Shown piece by piece: positions 22,521 through 32,447 of a DNA stretch of 64,000 nt. The position numbers were made by a program, and so were the translations under genes. This DNA is from an uncultured Lentisphaerales bacterium (lineage in GTDB: Bacteria > Verrucomicrobiota > Lentisphaeria > JABSQK01 > UBA12247). Under the pieces are notes generated by a model. That model had not been told where the DNA came from and ran no database searches. It saw only the letters and a program-made list of their open reading frames with translations. Position 1 is the first letter of the stretch. Every line of letters begins with the position of its first letter. The stretch covers positions 1-64,000 of the forward strand of contig CALSSJ010000021.1 in NCBI GenBank assembly GCA_943788985.1, given 5' to 3'.

Positions 22521-23210
22521 ATGCAATACATCATACGAACACCGGAAGGTGCGGAATACGGGCCAGCAGATGAGGCTACGCTGATCAAGTGGGCTGGTGC
22601 CGGACGAATCAAGGCAGACTTCGAAATTCGCAACGAAGTGATGCGCAAGTGGCACACGGCTGCAGAAACTCCTTTTCTGAAAAATGTCCTACGAGATCGG
22701 GAATTAGAGGAGAAAACGACGATGGGGAAGAAGCTTGGTAGCTTCGTAAACCCCACGGCAGAGCTGGGAAGCGGTCAAGCGAGCAACTCGTTGACCAACA
22801 GCGGAGTCTTCAAGTGGACGAATGCGAACGCCGGACGACGACTTGCTTCGTTCCTTTTTGACGCATTCGTGGTGGCTGCGATCTTCTGGGGGCTCACGTT
22901 TTCTTTGGATTTGTTTCCCTTCAAACAGGCCTACCTCTGCTATACACTGGCCGGTATCCTGATATCGTTGGCGTATTTCTCGCTAGCTCTTGGATTCATG
23001 GCCCAGACGCTTGGGCAACTCTTCTGGGGCGTCATGGTGATCCGCAAGGACGGCGAGCCAGTTCTGCTGGGACGGGCCTATCTGTTTACTGTTCTTTCCT
23101 GGCTAACACTGCCACTCACACCTATCCTGACCTACAGCACGCGGTCGCACCGAGGACTCGCGGAGCGTATGACCGGCGTGGTGGTTTGCCGCACGCGGGT
23201 CATGGATTGA
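22521..23210 (+). CDS. RDD-family membrane protein with an N-terminal GYF-like domain
   Basis: EYGP..LIKW...GRI N-terminus; RRLASFLFD and QTLGQLFWGVMV RDD motifs. Confidence 0.75.
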   Translation: MQYIIRTPEGAEYGPADEATLIKWAGAGRIKADFEIRNEVMRKWHTAAETPFLKNVLRDRELEEKTTMGKKLGSFVNPTAELGSGQASNSLTNSGVFKWTNANAGRRLASFLFDAFVVAAIFWGLTFSLDLFPFKQAYLCYTLAGILISLAYFSLALGFMAQTLGQLFWGVMVIRKDGEPVLLGRAYLFTVLSWLTLPLTPILTYSTRSHRGLAERMTGVVVCRTRVMD

Positions 23211-23254
23211 GCAGGGTTCTTTCGCTTCACCGTATCAAGAGAAGCAGGTAGGCG

Positions 23255-24418
23255 ATGGCTGGCTTCAGCCTGGAATTCATTAAGGCTTTACGGGGCGACC
23301 GCAGCGCGCGGAAACTATCCTGGCGGCTCATGAGCTACGTGGGCCAGCGTTTTCTCGCGTCCGCCTTGGTCTGCTACTGTTCTTTCGCGGCGATGTTTCT
23401 GATCGCGATCGTCTTGGATGACCTGCAGAGCTTTGTGCAGCACGAGGCAAGTGGTGCCCAGATCATTGCCTATCTGGCATTGTTTTTGCCGCAATACCTG
23501 GTGCACGCACTGCCGATGGCGCTACACGTGGGCGCCCTTTTTGCGGTCGGAAGCTTGAGTCGAAGCAGCGAATTGGTCGCCATGTCGGCGGCCGGGGTCT
23601 CGATTCGCCAGCTGATCTTGCCCATCGCCATGGTTGCTGTGGTGATGGCCGCCGTGCAGTTTGCGCTGGTTTGCGGCGCGCCCGGCTGGCGCGCACGCGC
23701 AGTGGATATTCGCGAGTCTCTGACCGATCCATTCGACACGCGGGACAATGACCGGAGCGCCTATCTGGCATACTTGGATAAGCTTGAACAACGGGGCTGG
23801 TTATTCCAGGATTTTGCCCCGGACGGCGTCTGTAAGCGTATCACCGTCACCCAGTACCGCGGTGACGGCACAATTTCCTGGGAGATACGTGCGGGGAAGG
23901 CTGACTTCGCGGATGGACATTGGTGGTTCACCGATGGTGAAATCAGTCATTACGACGGCGAGGGGTATCAGCTCACAGGCAAACCGATCCACATTCCCGG
24001 GAGACAGCCTCAGAAAGAGTTGGTGGATGACCCTCGGAGCTTCACAATGATGGTTGGTCTGAAGGTTCTGGAAGAAGTCCCAATCGCCAAGCTGATCGAA
24101 CTTCTCTTTCAATCAGACCGGCCGCTGGCACCGACGACGCAGGCGGCACTGCGCGCCCAGCTTTACGCCTATCTATTATCGCCATTGGCCTGTATTATCG
24201 CCATTATTCTCGGCGTCCCGATTGCGATTGAGCACTCGCGCAGCCGCTCGATCCGCAATGTCCTGATCGGACTCAGCCTGATGATCTGCTATCATCTTTG
24301 CGTGGAAATTGCGCTGGTCATGGGCCGGCTGATGATTGCACCAGCCCTGTTGCTGGCCGTGGTGCCGCCGCTTCTATTTCTCGCCGGTGGTTGTTATGCG
24401 CTTTATCTGAAGCGCTGA
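23255..24418 (+). CDS. LptF/LptG family permease
   Basis: LP..L...LPM, LSRSSELVAMSAAGVS, periplasmic beta domain, C-terminal TM helices. Confidence 0.85.
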   Translation: MAGFSLEFIKALRGDRSARKLSWRLMSYVGQRFLASALVCYCSFAAMFLIAIVLDDLQSFVQHEASGAQIIAYLALFLPQYLVHALPMALHVGALFAVGSLSRSSELVAMSAAGVSIRQLILPIAMVAVVMAAVQFALVCGAPGWRARAVDIRESLTDPFDTRDNDRSAYLAYLDKLEQRGWLFQDFAPDGVCKRITVTQYRGDGTISWEIRAGKADFADGHWWFTDGEISHYDGEGYQLTGKPIHIPGRQPQKELVDDPRSFTMMVGLKVLEEVPIAKLIELLFQSDRPLAPTTQAALRAQLYAYLLSPLACIIAIILGVPIAIEHSRSRSIRNVLIGLSLMICYHLCVEIALVMGRLMIAPALLLAVVPPLLFLAGGCYALYLKR

Positions 24419-24539
24419 ATAGATATACGACCGCCAACAGCCGGCTGAAGGCACCGGCAACGAATTTCGAACATCCACGACTTTTATTACGTCTCGGCAG
24501 TCTTCATTTGGCGATTGGACATTCCCTGTTGGCTCTTGA

Positions 24540-26336
24540 TTAAGGCTTTCGCCGCATGACGACGGCATCAAAGCCGAGCGTTTCCGCCTTGTTTCTCGTC
24601 GTTAGCACCTCGGCGACATCGTAGTGTTTGCGCACCCAGGTTACCAAGTCCAGCCCGTAGTCTAGACCTAGATACCGGTAGCCATACTCCTTCATGTCGA
24701 TCTTTAGCAAGACGATCCAGTCCGGCGAATCAGCTTCCAGGCTATCGATCACCGCCTGTTCACCGCCCGTCAGCACCATTTCCCACGGGTTCAACTGATA
24801 GTACGGGATCGTATGCCGGGCACGCAGGAAGTAATTGAAGCTGATGCCCTCCGGCGCCACCAGCAGTGTCTCACCAGGCGACATCGAATCCCGCAAATAA
24901 TCCAACACCTTGGGCAGTAGAAAATGTCGTGGGCTGGCCTGCGGATCATGGAAGAAAGTATCTTGCCCGCGGCCTACGCTCATGGTCTTTGTTGCGTAAA
25001 ACTCGTGCGTAAAGGCGAGGTGCTGAAAGCAGAAAACCAACAAGAGCCCGATCATGGCGTTGCGAACTTCGCAAACTGCTCGAAACCTGCGCATGCGCAG
25101 CGGCAGCTCGTGCACGAGTTCATACCAGACCAAGACAGCTGCGGGGACGGCCAGTACAAAGCCATAGTGGCCAATTCGAGCGCGCAGCGAGACCTTTAGT
25201 AGAATGGCTGCCGCGAGCGCAGCCCACGCAGTCAGGATGGCGGCCTTTCGTGCGGCAGGCGTATGCCGTAACCGCCACCAACGCCGGCAATGCCACAGGG
25301 CCAGGCCCGCAGCCAGAAAGGGCAAGGGCCGCCCGACTGAGTACCACCAGCCATGGGGGATCGCCAGATACCCGACTATCACCGCAACGACCAGCGCAAT
25401 TCTGCGCCCATGCCTGCGAGGAACAAATTTTGCCGTCGCCAGGCCAATGGCCACGGCTACACTCAGCGCCAAGGCCCAGACCAGTGCCGCCCGCGCGATC
25501 TCCGCACCCAACTCTAGCGGACGGTCCAACCCCATCAGCTTCAAATAAAACGTACCGTCCACCGCCTCGGACGGAAAAAGCGTCAGCTCCCATGTCGTCA
25601 GCACCGCGCGCAGCGCGTCCAGCGGCGGCTGCCACCGGCAGTACCAAGCCACGGCAACCACGGTCGGAACAAGAAATGCCAGAGAATAGACCAGCAACGC
25701 CTTCAACCACGCCTGCCATTCACGTCCTTCACGGCTGAGCAGTCCCAGCCACCAGAACACCGCAGCAAACCCCACCCCCGCGAGCGTTAGTTCAGCCTTC
25801 AGCAGAAAGAGCAAGCCACAGAGAAATCCGGCCGACAGCCAACGCGGCAGACGCGGCGAATGCGGATCTGCAGCGAGAACGTGCGCCAGCACTAGCAGAA
25901 TCAGCAGACCATGCGTCATTTCATGCCGATACGGCAGCACGAAGTTATAGCTAGCCACACCCACGTATTGCGAAAATGCGAACACACACAGAAACAGCAC
26001 CGTCAGCAGAGATGCGCAGTTGGCCGTACTCCAAATGCGCAGCAAGCGCCAAAGCAGTGTGCTGATCGCGCAGAGAATCAGCAGATTACACCAAATTAGC
26101 GTGCTCATTGACTCGCCGAAGAGGCGAAATAGAACAGCATTCGCCTCCTGAGACAGCGGCCCCATGATGTAGGATATGTCCCGGTACAGCACCTCCCCCT
26201 CAGCAAGTCGCCACGGGATGTAGAGCTGGTGCCCAATATCCACGAGCATATCAGGCCAACGTCGCCAGCTCCAGATTGTCAGCAGCACGAAGACCGGCGG
26301 AAGGCACCAGACGGATCGGGGAATGCGCCGTATCAT
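24540..26336 (-). CDS. Multi-pass membrane protein, probable GT-C-fold glycosyltransferase
   Basis: VDIG..LY, GEVLYRDI...GPL N-terminal loop; many TM segments; soluble C-terminus. Confidence 0.6.
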   Translation of the reverse strand: MIRRIPRSVWCLPPVFVLLTIWSWRRWPDMLVDIGHQLYIPWRLAEGEVLYRDISYIMGPLSQEANAVLFRLFGESMSTLIWCNLLILCAISTLLWRLLRIWSTANCASLLTVLFLCVFAFSQYVGVASYNFVLPYRHEMTHGLLILLVLAHVLAADPHSPRLPRWLSAGFLCGLLFLLKAELTLAGVGFAAVFWWLGLLSREGREWQAWLKALLVYSLAFLVPTVVAVAWYCRWQPPLDALRAVLTTWELTLFPSEAVDGTFYLKLMGLDRPLELGAEIARAALVWALALSVAVAIGLATAKFVPRRHGRRIALVVAVIVGYLAIPHGWWYSVGRPLPFLAAGLALWHCRRWWRLRHTPAARKAAILTAWAALAAAILLKVSLRARIGHYGFVLAVPAAVLVWYELVHELPLRMRRFRAVCEVRNAMIGLLLVFCFQHLAFTHEFYATKTMSVGRGQDTFFHDPQASPRHFLLPKVLDYLRDSMSPGETLLVAPEGISFNYFLRARHTIPYYQLNPWEMVLTGGEQAVIDSLEADSPDWIVLLKIDMKEYGYRYLGLDYGLDLVTWVRKHYDVAEVLTTRNKAETLGFDAVVMRRKP

Positions 26337-28036
26337 TTGAGCTGCAGAATTTTCATCGCAGTGCCCCCATCCAGTTCCACAGAGAACACCGGTGCCACCT
26401 CCGCGTCAGGTGTGCGCACGGCAGGATGATACCACTCAGCACGCGTGACATACATCAGGTAGATTTGCCCCGGATAACGCGTCAGGACCTCGGCGTATTT
26501 CTCCTCGGAAAGTTGACCGATATAGAGCGGGCGGACGTCCTCGCGCAGGACGGTTGGATCCGCGGACGCAAGCAGCGTAATGTGCTCCGCCACGCCAGTG
26601 ATTAGCATTGCACCCTCGGCTGCATTTTCATTCAACCAGCTCATGCCTGTACGATAGGACCCGCCCCAATAATCAGTCGCGCAGCCCAGCGATTTCTCCT
26701 GGGCACCGCCAAGCCCTCCGATAATCGCGTTGTAGTACGGAAGAGTATTGGGTTGGTTCTGGCCGATCCAGAACACCGGCTGCGCCAGCACCGCACAGAG
26801 CGAGCCCCCGACGACGGCATAACGCCCCCATCGCAACCGATTTTCCAGCACATCGACCAAGCACACAAAGCCAATGCCTGCGAAGATCGCAAGCGGCACG
26901 AGGTACTCCAGCCAATGCCGAATCACATCAAAGTCCGCGGCCCCGGGCATCACCACGCGACTGATCGGCACACACATCCACAACAACAGCAGGCATAGCA
27001 GTGGGTCACAGACTTTTTCGCGTAAGGCACTGCGCACCCGCACCGCGCACCCCACCAGTGCCAAGCCGAGCATCGGCAGAGGGCAGGTCGCCACTGCGTA
27101 TAGCAAGGGCCGATACCAAGCATGGCCTTCATGCTCCACCTCGAACCCTCGCTTGGTAATCGACCCCACATAGTCCTGCACATGAACAGGGAAATCGAGC
27201 CAGAGATATGGCCACAGCACAAACATGGTCAATAGCCCAATGAATGGATAGGCAACCAGCGCCCCAATCAATCGGCGATCTAGGTCCTTCCCACGGCTCA
27301 CCGCGAGTTCAATGAGAAACCATGGTCCCAGCACGAATGGCAGCAGCAAGGCGTTTGCCTTCGTAGCCATCGCAAGCCCCCAGAACACCGCCGAAACCAG
27401 GGCAAACCTCCAGCGCCGATCCCTAATCGCCACGTAGAATGCACCTGCACAGACGGTGTAGACGAACAACAGCGGCACGTCCTTAAAATTGTTATGCATG
27501 TGTGCCCAGAGCCGCGGATGTGCTGCGAGAAACAGACAGGCGGCAAGAGCCTGTACACGCCCCAGAGTCCGCCGTACAAACCAGAAGACCGCGCTCAGAA
27601 ACAGCAGCGCAAAACCGACCGTACTCAGATGGTGCGCCTCATACAGCGGCAGCCAGCCCAGCTTAACATGAAACAGCCACTTGCTCAGGCTCGACATCGT
27701 CGCCCCCACCGGCCAGACCTCGTGTGGCCAGAGTAGCACCGGATTGCCAGGCATCTGCTGGGATAGCGCGCCCAGATCCGCGTGGTCCGGACCGTACCAT
27801 GGTATCGACGCGGTTGCGCCATCCAGCTGTGCTACATCCCCGCTCAGCCAGAACGCAAGGTTGCAATCCCCAAGGTAGAACTCCCATGAATCCCAGACGA
27901 TCCCATGCCCTGCCAGGGTCAAGATCAGGCTTAGGCCCACACAACCGAGCAGCGCGCCGAGCGTCCAAGAATCAACGCGACACCATGGCGCAGGCGAGCA
28001 TACCGATGAACTGGCGGATGTAGGTGTTTCGTTCAC
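26333..28036 (-). CDS. PMT/GT39-like membrane glycosyltransferase
   Basis: WDS.E loop, HPRLWAHMHNNFKD, GLAMATK, DYWG; many TM segments. Confidence 0.7.
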   Translation of the reverse strand: MNETPTSASSSVCSPAPWCRVDSWTLGALLGCVGLSLILTLAGHGIVWDSWEFYLGDCNLAFWLSGDVAQLDGATASIPWYGPDHADLGALSQQMPGNPVLLWPHEVWPVGATMSSLSKWLFHVKLGWLPLYEAHHLSTVGFALLFLSAVFWFVRRTLGRVQALAACLFLAAHPRLWAHMHNNFKDVPLLFVYTVCAGAFYVAIRDRRWRFALVSAVFWGLAMATKANALLLPFVLGPWFLIELAVSRGKDLDRRLIGALVAYPFIGLLTMFVLWPYLWLDFPVHVQDYVGSITKRGFEVEHEGHAWYRPLLYAVATCPLPMLGLALVGCAVRVRSALREKVCDPLLCLLLLWMCVPISRVVMPGAADFDVIRHWLEYLVPLAIFAGIGFVCLVDVLENRLRWGRYAVVGGSLCAVLAQPVFWIGQNQPNTLPYYNAIIGGLGGAQEKSLGCATDYWGGSYRTGMSWLNENAAEGAMLITGVAEHITLLASADPTVLREDVRPLYIGQLSEEKYAEVLTRYPGQIYLMYVTRAEWYHPAVRTPDAEVAPVFSVELDGGTAMKILQLK

Positions 28037-28168
28037 CGCTGCACTATAGGCGAAATCGCCGGATATTCCGCAGCTCAGGATTGCTTTGGTTAGTTGACTT
28101 TTTGCCGCAATGCTAGACCTTTTCAGTTTCGCCCGCACGAATCCGCAAACGACCACCTGGAACTACCC

Positions 28169-29191
28169 ATGCCACTTGTCCCAATGCGCACGCTGCTGGA
28201 TCATGCAGCAGAGAATGATTACGGAATTGCCGCCCTCAATGTGAATAACATGGAGCAAATCCAGTCCATCATGGAAGCGGCGGAGGAGACCAACTCTCCC
28301 GTCATCATCCAGGCATCACGTGGAGCACGCTCCTACTCTCAGGACGCCTATCTGCGCCACCTCATGCTGGCTGCAGCAGAGCTCTATCCGCACATCCCGA
28401 TCGCGATGCACTTGGACCACGGAAACTCCGCCCCCACCTGCATCAGCGCCATTCAGCAGGGCTTCACGTCCGTCATGATGGACGGATCCCTCGATGAAGA
28501 CGGCAAGACCCCGAACAGCTACGAAGCCAACGTGGCCGTGACCCGCCGCGTCGTCGACGTTGCTCACGCCTTTGGTGTCACTGTTGAAGGCGAGCTTGGC
28601 TGTTTGGGTGGTATCGAAGACGGACACGGAGCTGGCCTCAGCGAAGAGGAAGCTGCCGACCACCTCACCGACCCTGATGAAGCCGGTGATTTTGTCGCCC
28701 AAACCGGCGTGGACGCACTCGCTGTCGCCATTGGCACCTCCCACGGCGCCTACAAGTTCTCCTCAGAGCCCACCGGCGAAGTCCTGCGCATGGATGTCAT
28801 TGAAGAGATCCATCGCCGCCTGCCGAACACGCACATTGTGATGCACGGCTCCTCCAGCCTGCCACAGAGCCTGCGCGACATCATCAACGAGTATGGTGGT
28901 GAACTCACTCCAGCTTGGGGCGTTCCCGTCGAAGAAATTCAGCGCGGCATCAAGCACGGCGTCCGCAAAATCAACGTCGACACCGACAATCGTCTTGCCA
29001 TCACCGGTGCCATCCGCAAGGTCTTCGCCGAGAAGAAGGAAGAGTTCGATCCGCGCAAGTATCTCGCACCGGCGCGCGAGGCAATGAAGGAACTGTGCAA
29101 GGATCGCATGATCGCCTTTGGTCAGGCCGGCAACGCTGACAAGATCAAGCAAGTCACGCTTTCCCAGATGGTTAGCTACTACAGCGGCTGA
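28169..29191 (+). CDS. fba: Class II fructose-bisphosphate aldolase
   Basis: [43 protein letters not shown]. Confidence 0.97.
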   Translation: MPLVPMRTLLDHAAENDYGIAALNVNNMEQIQSIMEAAEETNSPVIIQASRGARSYSQDAYLRHLMLAAAELYPHIPIAMHLDHGNSAPTCISAIQQGFTSVMMDGSLDEDGKTPNSYEANVAVTRRVVDVAHAFGVTVEGELGCLGGIEDGHGAGLSEEEAADHLTDPDEAGDFVAQTGVDALAVAIGTSHGAYKFSSEPTGEVLRMDVIEEIHRRLPNTHIVMHGSSSLPQSLRDIINEYGGELTPAWGVPVEEIQRGIKHGVRKINVDTDNRLAITGAIRKVFAEKKEEFDPRKYLAPAREAMKELCKDRMIAFGQAGNADKIKQVTLSQMVSYYSG

Positions 29192-29203
29192 TCTTCGCCG
29201 ATC

Positions 29204-29239
29204 GAATCGTGCAACATCATTCTTGACGTTGCACGATTC
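29204..29239 (+). terminator. 16-bp stem-loop after fba, containing a possible -35 element (TTGACG) for the tRNA
   Basis: GAATCGTGCAACATCA/TGACGTTGCACGATTC with one mismatch. Confidence 0.55.
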
Positions 29240-29274
29240 CCGGCTATTGGTGTCAGCCTGAGCTGACGCCATCA

Positions 29275-29348
29275 GCGGGTATAGCATAGTGGTAATGCGA
29301 CAGCTTCCCAAGCTGTTGAGGGGAGTTCGATTCTCCCTACCCGCTCCA
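29275..29348 (+). tRNA. tRNA-Gly(CCC)
   Basis: GCGGGTA..TACCCGCTCCA acceptor stem, ACAGC-TTCCCAA-GCTGT anticodon arm, GTTCGATTC T-loop. Confidence 0.97.
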
Positions 29349-29597
29349 CCTTCCCCCTTCGAGGCACGCAAGTCTCGTAATTGCAGTAGGTTGCACTTGA
29401 ATGCAGGCCAAGACCAGCGAGATGTGCCACTTGCGTCAAAAGTGGCACAATGACCGAAGCTGCAAAACATAAATGACCAAAACTGCAAAACAGTAGAGGC
29501 TGCTCACCGGGGCCTTTCCTGTAGCAGGACGAAATTATTTTGATTGGGCTACGTAGTCTATGGCAGGAAAATGCCATAAAAACTATGAAGGCCCCAA

Positions 29598-30137
29598 ATG
29601 AACGTACTTGCACTCGATTGGCTCAGATGCGCCTACCCCCTCTCACAAGAGGCCGTCCGCCGAGCGACAGTTATCCGGCGCGGATGCCGCCTCGCACACA
29701 ATGTCACTGTCGCTTCGCTTGGTGAGGAACAGAAAGAGCGAGCGAAGCTGATCGCCACTCTTAACGCCGCCATTGATTCTCATGCGGCGGAACTGCGTGG
29801 GATCGAAGAGAAAGCAGCTGGAAACATAGGGGCAAAAGCACTGCTGGGGGCCGACATTCCTGCTCCTATCCTGATCACCACCGCTCTCCTTGCTTCCGCC
29901 AGGCTTCATTGCAGCATTAAAGGATGTATAGGCTCTGAATTGGAAGTTTGTGAGATGGCAGCTGGGATAGATCTTGAGGCCTTGCTGATGGTCCAGGCGG
30001 CATTCGATGCCTCTGGCGTGCTTAGGCCACATGTTACTTTTTCTAGAGGTCAACATGGTGCTCCTGTGCTGATCGATAGCGCTTTCTGCAAGATCGTCCA
30101 GTCCCGTACAAAGCAGCGACGGGTCACCTATGTCTAA
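29598..30137 (+). CDS. Hypothetical protein
   Basis: 179-aa ORF whose stop overlaps the next start (ATGTCTAA). Confidence 0.6.
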   Translation: MNVLALDWLRCAYPLSQEAVRRATVIRRGCRLAHNVTVASLGEEQKERAKLIATLNAAIDSHAAELRGIEEKAAGNIGAKALLGADIPAPILITTALLASARLHCSIKGCIGSELEVCEMAAGIDLEALLMVQAAFDASGVLRPHVTFSRGQHGAPVLIDSAFCKIVQSRTKQRRVTYV

Positions 30138-30570
30138 TTCCAGAATGAAACCAGTCTGGGAATTCTCCCTGCGGCGGAAAAAGGTGGGTGAAGCACTTGG
30201 GCCACTCAATACTCCAGCAGATGCTTTGGAGATGCTGCTCGGGCTGGAACTGCATGCACAGGGGCACGAGCACATAGTGTCAGTAGCACTCAGTCAAACG
30301 AACCACGTCTTGGGCATATACACTGTTGCACTGGCCCCGTGGTTGCGCACCGGAGAGGTCTTCCGTGCTGCAATAGTCATGGAAGCTTCGAGGGTTCTTC
30401 TAGCGCATTCCAAGCCCTCTGGCCCGCTCACTCCATCAGCGGTAGATTTTGCGATGATAATGAAGCTTGCAGAGGTCGGTGATCTCATCGGCATTAAATT
30501 AATCGACCATCTCCTCCTTGGTGACCCCGAGGCATATTTCAGCTTTCGCGAAGCTGGCCACCTCTGTTGA
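30130..30570 (+). CDS. RadC-like JAB-domain protein
   Basis: EH, EVFRAAI, LAHSKPSG.LTPS..D, GIKLIDHLLLG, YFSFRE.G. Confidence 0.88.
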   Translation: MSNSRMKPVWEFSLRRKKVGEALGPLNTPADALEMLLGLELHAQGHEHIVSVALSQTNHVLGIYTVALAPWLRTGEVFRAAIVMEASRVLLAHSKPSGPLTPSAVDFAMIMKLAEVGDLIGIKLIDHLLLGDPEAYFSFREAGHLC

Positions 30571-30586
30571 ATCTGGAATACAAAGG

Positions 30587-31063
30587 ATGAGACCGCCAAT
30601 CATCTTCCTGGATATTGATGGCGTGCTACTTCCTGATCAGGTCCAGACTTCCCCGGCCCTGCTGGATGAGATGACCGACTATCAGCCCTATGATCCGGGC
30701 TGTGTCGAAGCGATGAATGCAATTATCGCGGCCATCAGTCCCGTCATTGTCCTGCACTCCAGTCGGCGCTATCAGTACAGCCAGATCGAGTTCTGTCAGA
30801 TCTTCATTGCATCTGGAATACTGACTGCCAGCCCAATCGTCCTCCCTACATATGGCCAGGACGCAGGACTGTTCTTCTCGTCTCCCAACAGGGAAAAGGA
30901 GCATGACATTTCTGAGTATCTGCGACGGCAGAAAATCTGTTGGCATGTGGTTCTCGACGACGAGGTCCTGAATGTGGATAGGCTACATCTGATTTGCCCG
31001 GACGTTGGGCTCACGGTCGCAGACGCGAGGACCATCATCGCCATGCTGACAGTAGATGCGTAA
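30587..31063 (+). CDS. HAD-superfamily phosphatase (HAD_SAK_2 / Swiss-army-knife RNA-repair type)
   Basis: IIFLDIDGVL, IVLHSSRR, REKEHDI..YL, VVLDDE, GLT; AAAGGA RBS. Confidence 0.8.
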   Translation: MRPPIIFLDIDGVLLPDQVQTSPALLDEMTDYQPYDPGCVEAMNAIIAAISPVIVLHSSRRYQYSQIEFCQIFIASGILTASPIVLPTYGQDAGLFFSSPNREKEHDISEYLRRQKICWHVVLDDEVLNVDRLHLICPDVGLTVADARTIIAMLTVDA

Positions 31064-31180
31064 TACAAGGGTGGCTATCGATCCAGACATCCACTCTGTC
31101 GGCAATTCTACGAGGAGGGTGGACGATTCGTCCTCTTCGTGGGTATAATGAGGAGGATTCCAAAAAGCTAGAAGAAGAAA

Positions 31181-32170
31181 ATGAGAAAAAGAATGAGCGT
31201 CTATCAACCTTTCCGTTCCCATATGATATGCCGTCCCTGCACACCGCCCAAGAAAGTCTGGCAACCTGACGAGACAGATGCCTGACGCCTGAAAGTTCTA
31301 GCAGCAGACCTCGCCTCTCTTCACCCAGTGAAGCGAAAGGCACCACGCCAAGTTGCGCTGGAAGTGTTAGCCGCGCGTCGAACTGGATCATTGCACGCGG
31401 CGTCACTAGATATCAGCAACTGCTACGAAGCGATACCGCATCGCCATTGCCTTCACGCGGTCGAAGAACTTGATGGTCGCACAGGACTGATCCGGAATGT
31501 CGCAAGTTTTCTGAGTACGCCTCACATCGCGATGAATGGTGATCTACTCTCCGCTACAGTGAAGGGCCTTCACCCGGGAACCTCTCCAAGCAATATTCTT
31601 GCGGAGATGGTATTGGCACCTGTCGACCGGGCGTTCTTGGGCGAGCCAGTGCAGTACTTTCGTTACGTCGATGATATTCTGCTCCTTGGCAGGACTGAGG
31701 CAGCCACAAAAGATGGTCAGGCCCTGCTTCTACGTCTTCTCGGTGAGTTCGAATTGGAAGCACGAACCAAGCACGCCTGTCCTCCCATGCTGTTTGAGCA
31801 CCTGGGCTTCCGTCATTACCGCAGGCACGGTCGCCCGGAAATGAAAGTTTCAGCCTCGAGAGTCAAGAAATTCCAAGGAAATATGAGGAGCCTGTTCCCG
31901 GACCGCGAAACAGCCGATCGGCGCGCGGCAAGATTCGCCGCAATTGCCTGTGGGGCTTCCTCATGGTCGTGACTACGGTACTACAGCGCAGGGTCGCTAG
32001 CCCCTATCGGTTACTTGGCGCGATGGACTCGAGAACGCTATGGCGCACATCACCCAAATCTCTTGCAGTGGGCGCGTCAGCATCGGAAGAATGCCATAGT
32101 AGCTGTCCAAGCGGCGAGAGAGTTCGTGGGAACACTCCCAAATGCCAAAGAGGAGATACTGTTGGGCTAG
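31181..32170 (+). CDS. Divergent group II-like reverse transcriptase; single frame with two in-frame TGA codons (31283, 31970), either a pseudogene or read through
   Basis: YQP..P..D (RT1-2), LDISNCYEAIPH (RT3), GLHPGTSPSNILA (RT4), FRYVDD (RT5), FEHLGF (RT7), *LRYY (thumb). Confidence 0.85.
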
Positions 32171-32447
32171 CCCCCTCATCTTTTTCGCAAGGCCAGCGTG
32201 ATGAGGCGCCGTCGGCCGTCAGAAACTGGCTGTGCCAGCTTCTGGTCTGAGTACTACCAGTTTCAAGCATGACATCCGTGATGTTGCGAACTCCACAACC
32301 TGAGCGCCACGCAACTGGCTCAATGCGTTCGGCCCCACCGCCATCATGATCGAGCCTATCTGGTGGCTCGATGACGGCATTTATAAAGTCGCCGCAACCC
32401 GGCTGCCGATCGGCCTTGGCTATTGGATCTACGGAGTCGGATAACTC

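Noticed and set aside
30994..31269. 91-aa ORF as the RT N-terminus via a frameshift
   Set aside because: The RT's own frame already gives a better RT1/RT2-like segment from ATG 31181 without a frameshift.
31181..32170. RT as a canonical retron, DGR or intact group II intron
   Set aside because: No NAxxH or VTG motifs, no SQ motif, avd gene or TR/VR pair seen, and no domain V or long upstream intron RNA recognised.
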